A DNA stretch of 15,925 nucleotides, taken from contig JBDKFG010000089.1 of the NCBI GenBank assembly GCA_039798785.1, positions 1 to 15,925 of the forward strand, given 5' to 3'. A model generated the notes under the pieces. That model had not been told where the DNA came from. It worked only from the letters and a program-made list of their open reading frames with translations, and made no database searches. The translations under genes and the position numbers were made by a program. Position 1 is the first letter of the stretch. Each line of letters opens with the position of its first letter. Of this stretch, positions 15,834 through 15,925 are shown in pieces. This DNA is from Verrucomicrobiota bacterium (GTDB lineage: Bacteria; Verrucomicrobiota; Lentisphaeria; Lentisphaerales; Lentisphaeraceae).

Positions 15834-15925
15834 ATGCCCGTCCAAGCCTTCGACCCGAAATTCCTCAAGATCAGCGTCCTCACCGCCGCCCTACAGGAAC
15901 TCACCCCGCGCTCCGTCCGCGACGC
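15834..15925 (+). CDS. 5' end of a probable sugar phosphate isomerase/epimerase (xylose isomerase-like TIM barrel); truncated by the window edge
   Basis: Not in the ORF track. ATG 15834 follows AGGAAAAAA and translates to [30 protein letters not shown], open to the window end. The [12 protein letters not shown] motif is recalled from that family, but only 30 aa are visible. Confidence 0.6.
   Translation, partial: MPVQAFDPKFLKISVLTAALQELTPRSVRD

Overview
A high-GC bacterial chromosomal window with about 12 genes. The gene content (CPA-type antiporter-PTS EIIA fusion, RpoD-like sigma without region 1.1, divergent secretin-like lipoproteins, BNR/ThuA/SGNH exported enzymes) suggests the PVC superphylum (Lentisphaerae/Verrucomicrobia-like); this placement is inference only. 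Gene order: ThuA-domain protein (-), astD (+), antiporter-EIIA fusion (+), sigma-70 factor (+), SGNH hydrolase and Asp-box (sialidase-like) protein (-), two paralogous lipoproteins (+), HIT protein, double-HTH protein, Sel1-repeat protein, infA, and the start of a probable TIM-barrel sugar-phosphate isomerase. I saw no rRNA, tRNA, transposase or CRISPR array. Two things stand out. (1) Each of the two tandem lipoproteins appears to contain two complete head-to-tail secretin-like modules, with no T2SS/T4P genes in the window. (2) Three intergenic elements are built from short tandem-repeat arms; two have inverted arm pairs, and all three share an ATCCTT boundary motif despite different repeat units. 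All family assignments are by-eye motif recognition, not database searches.
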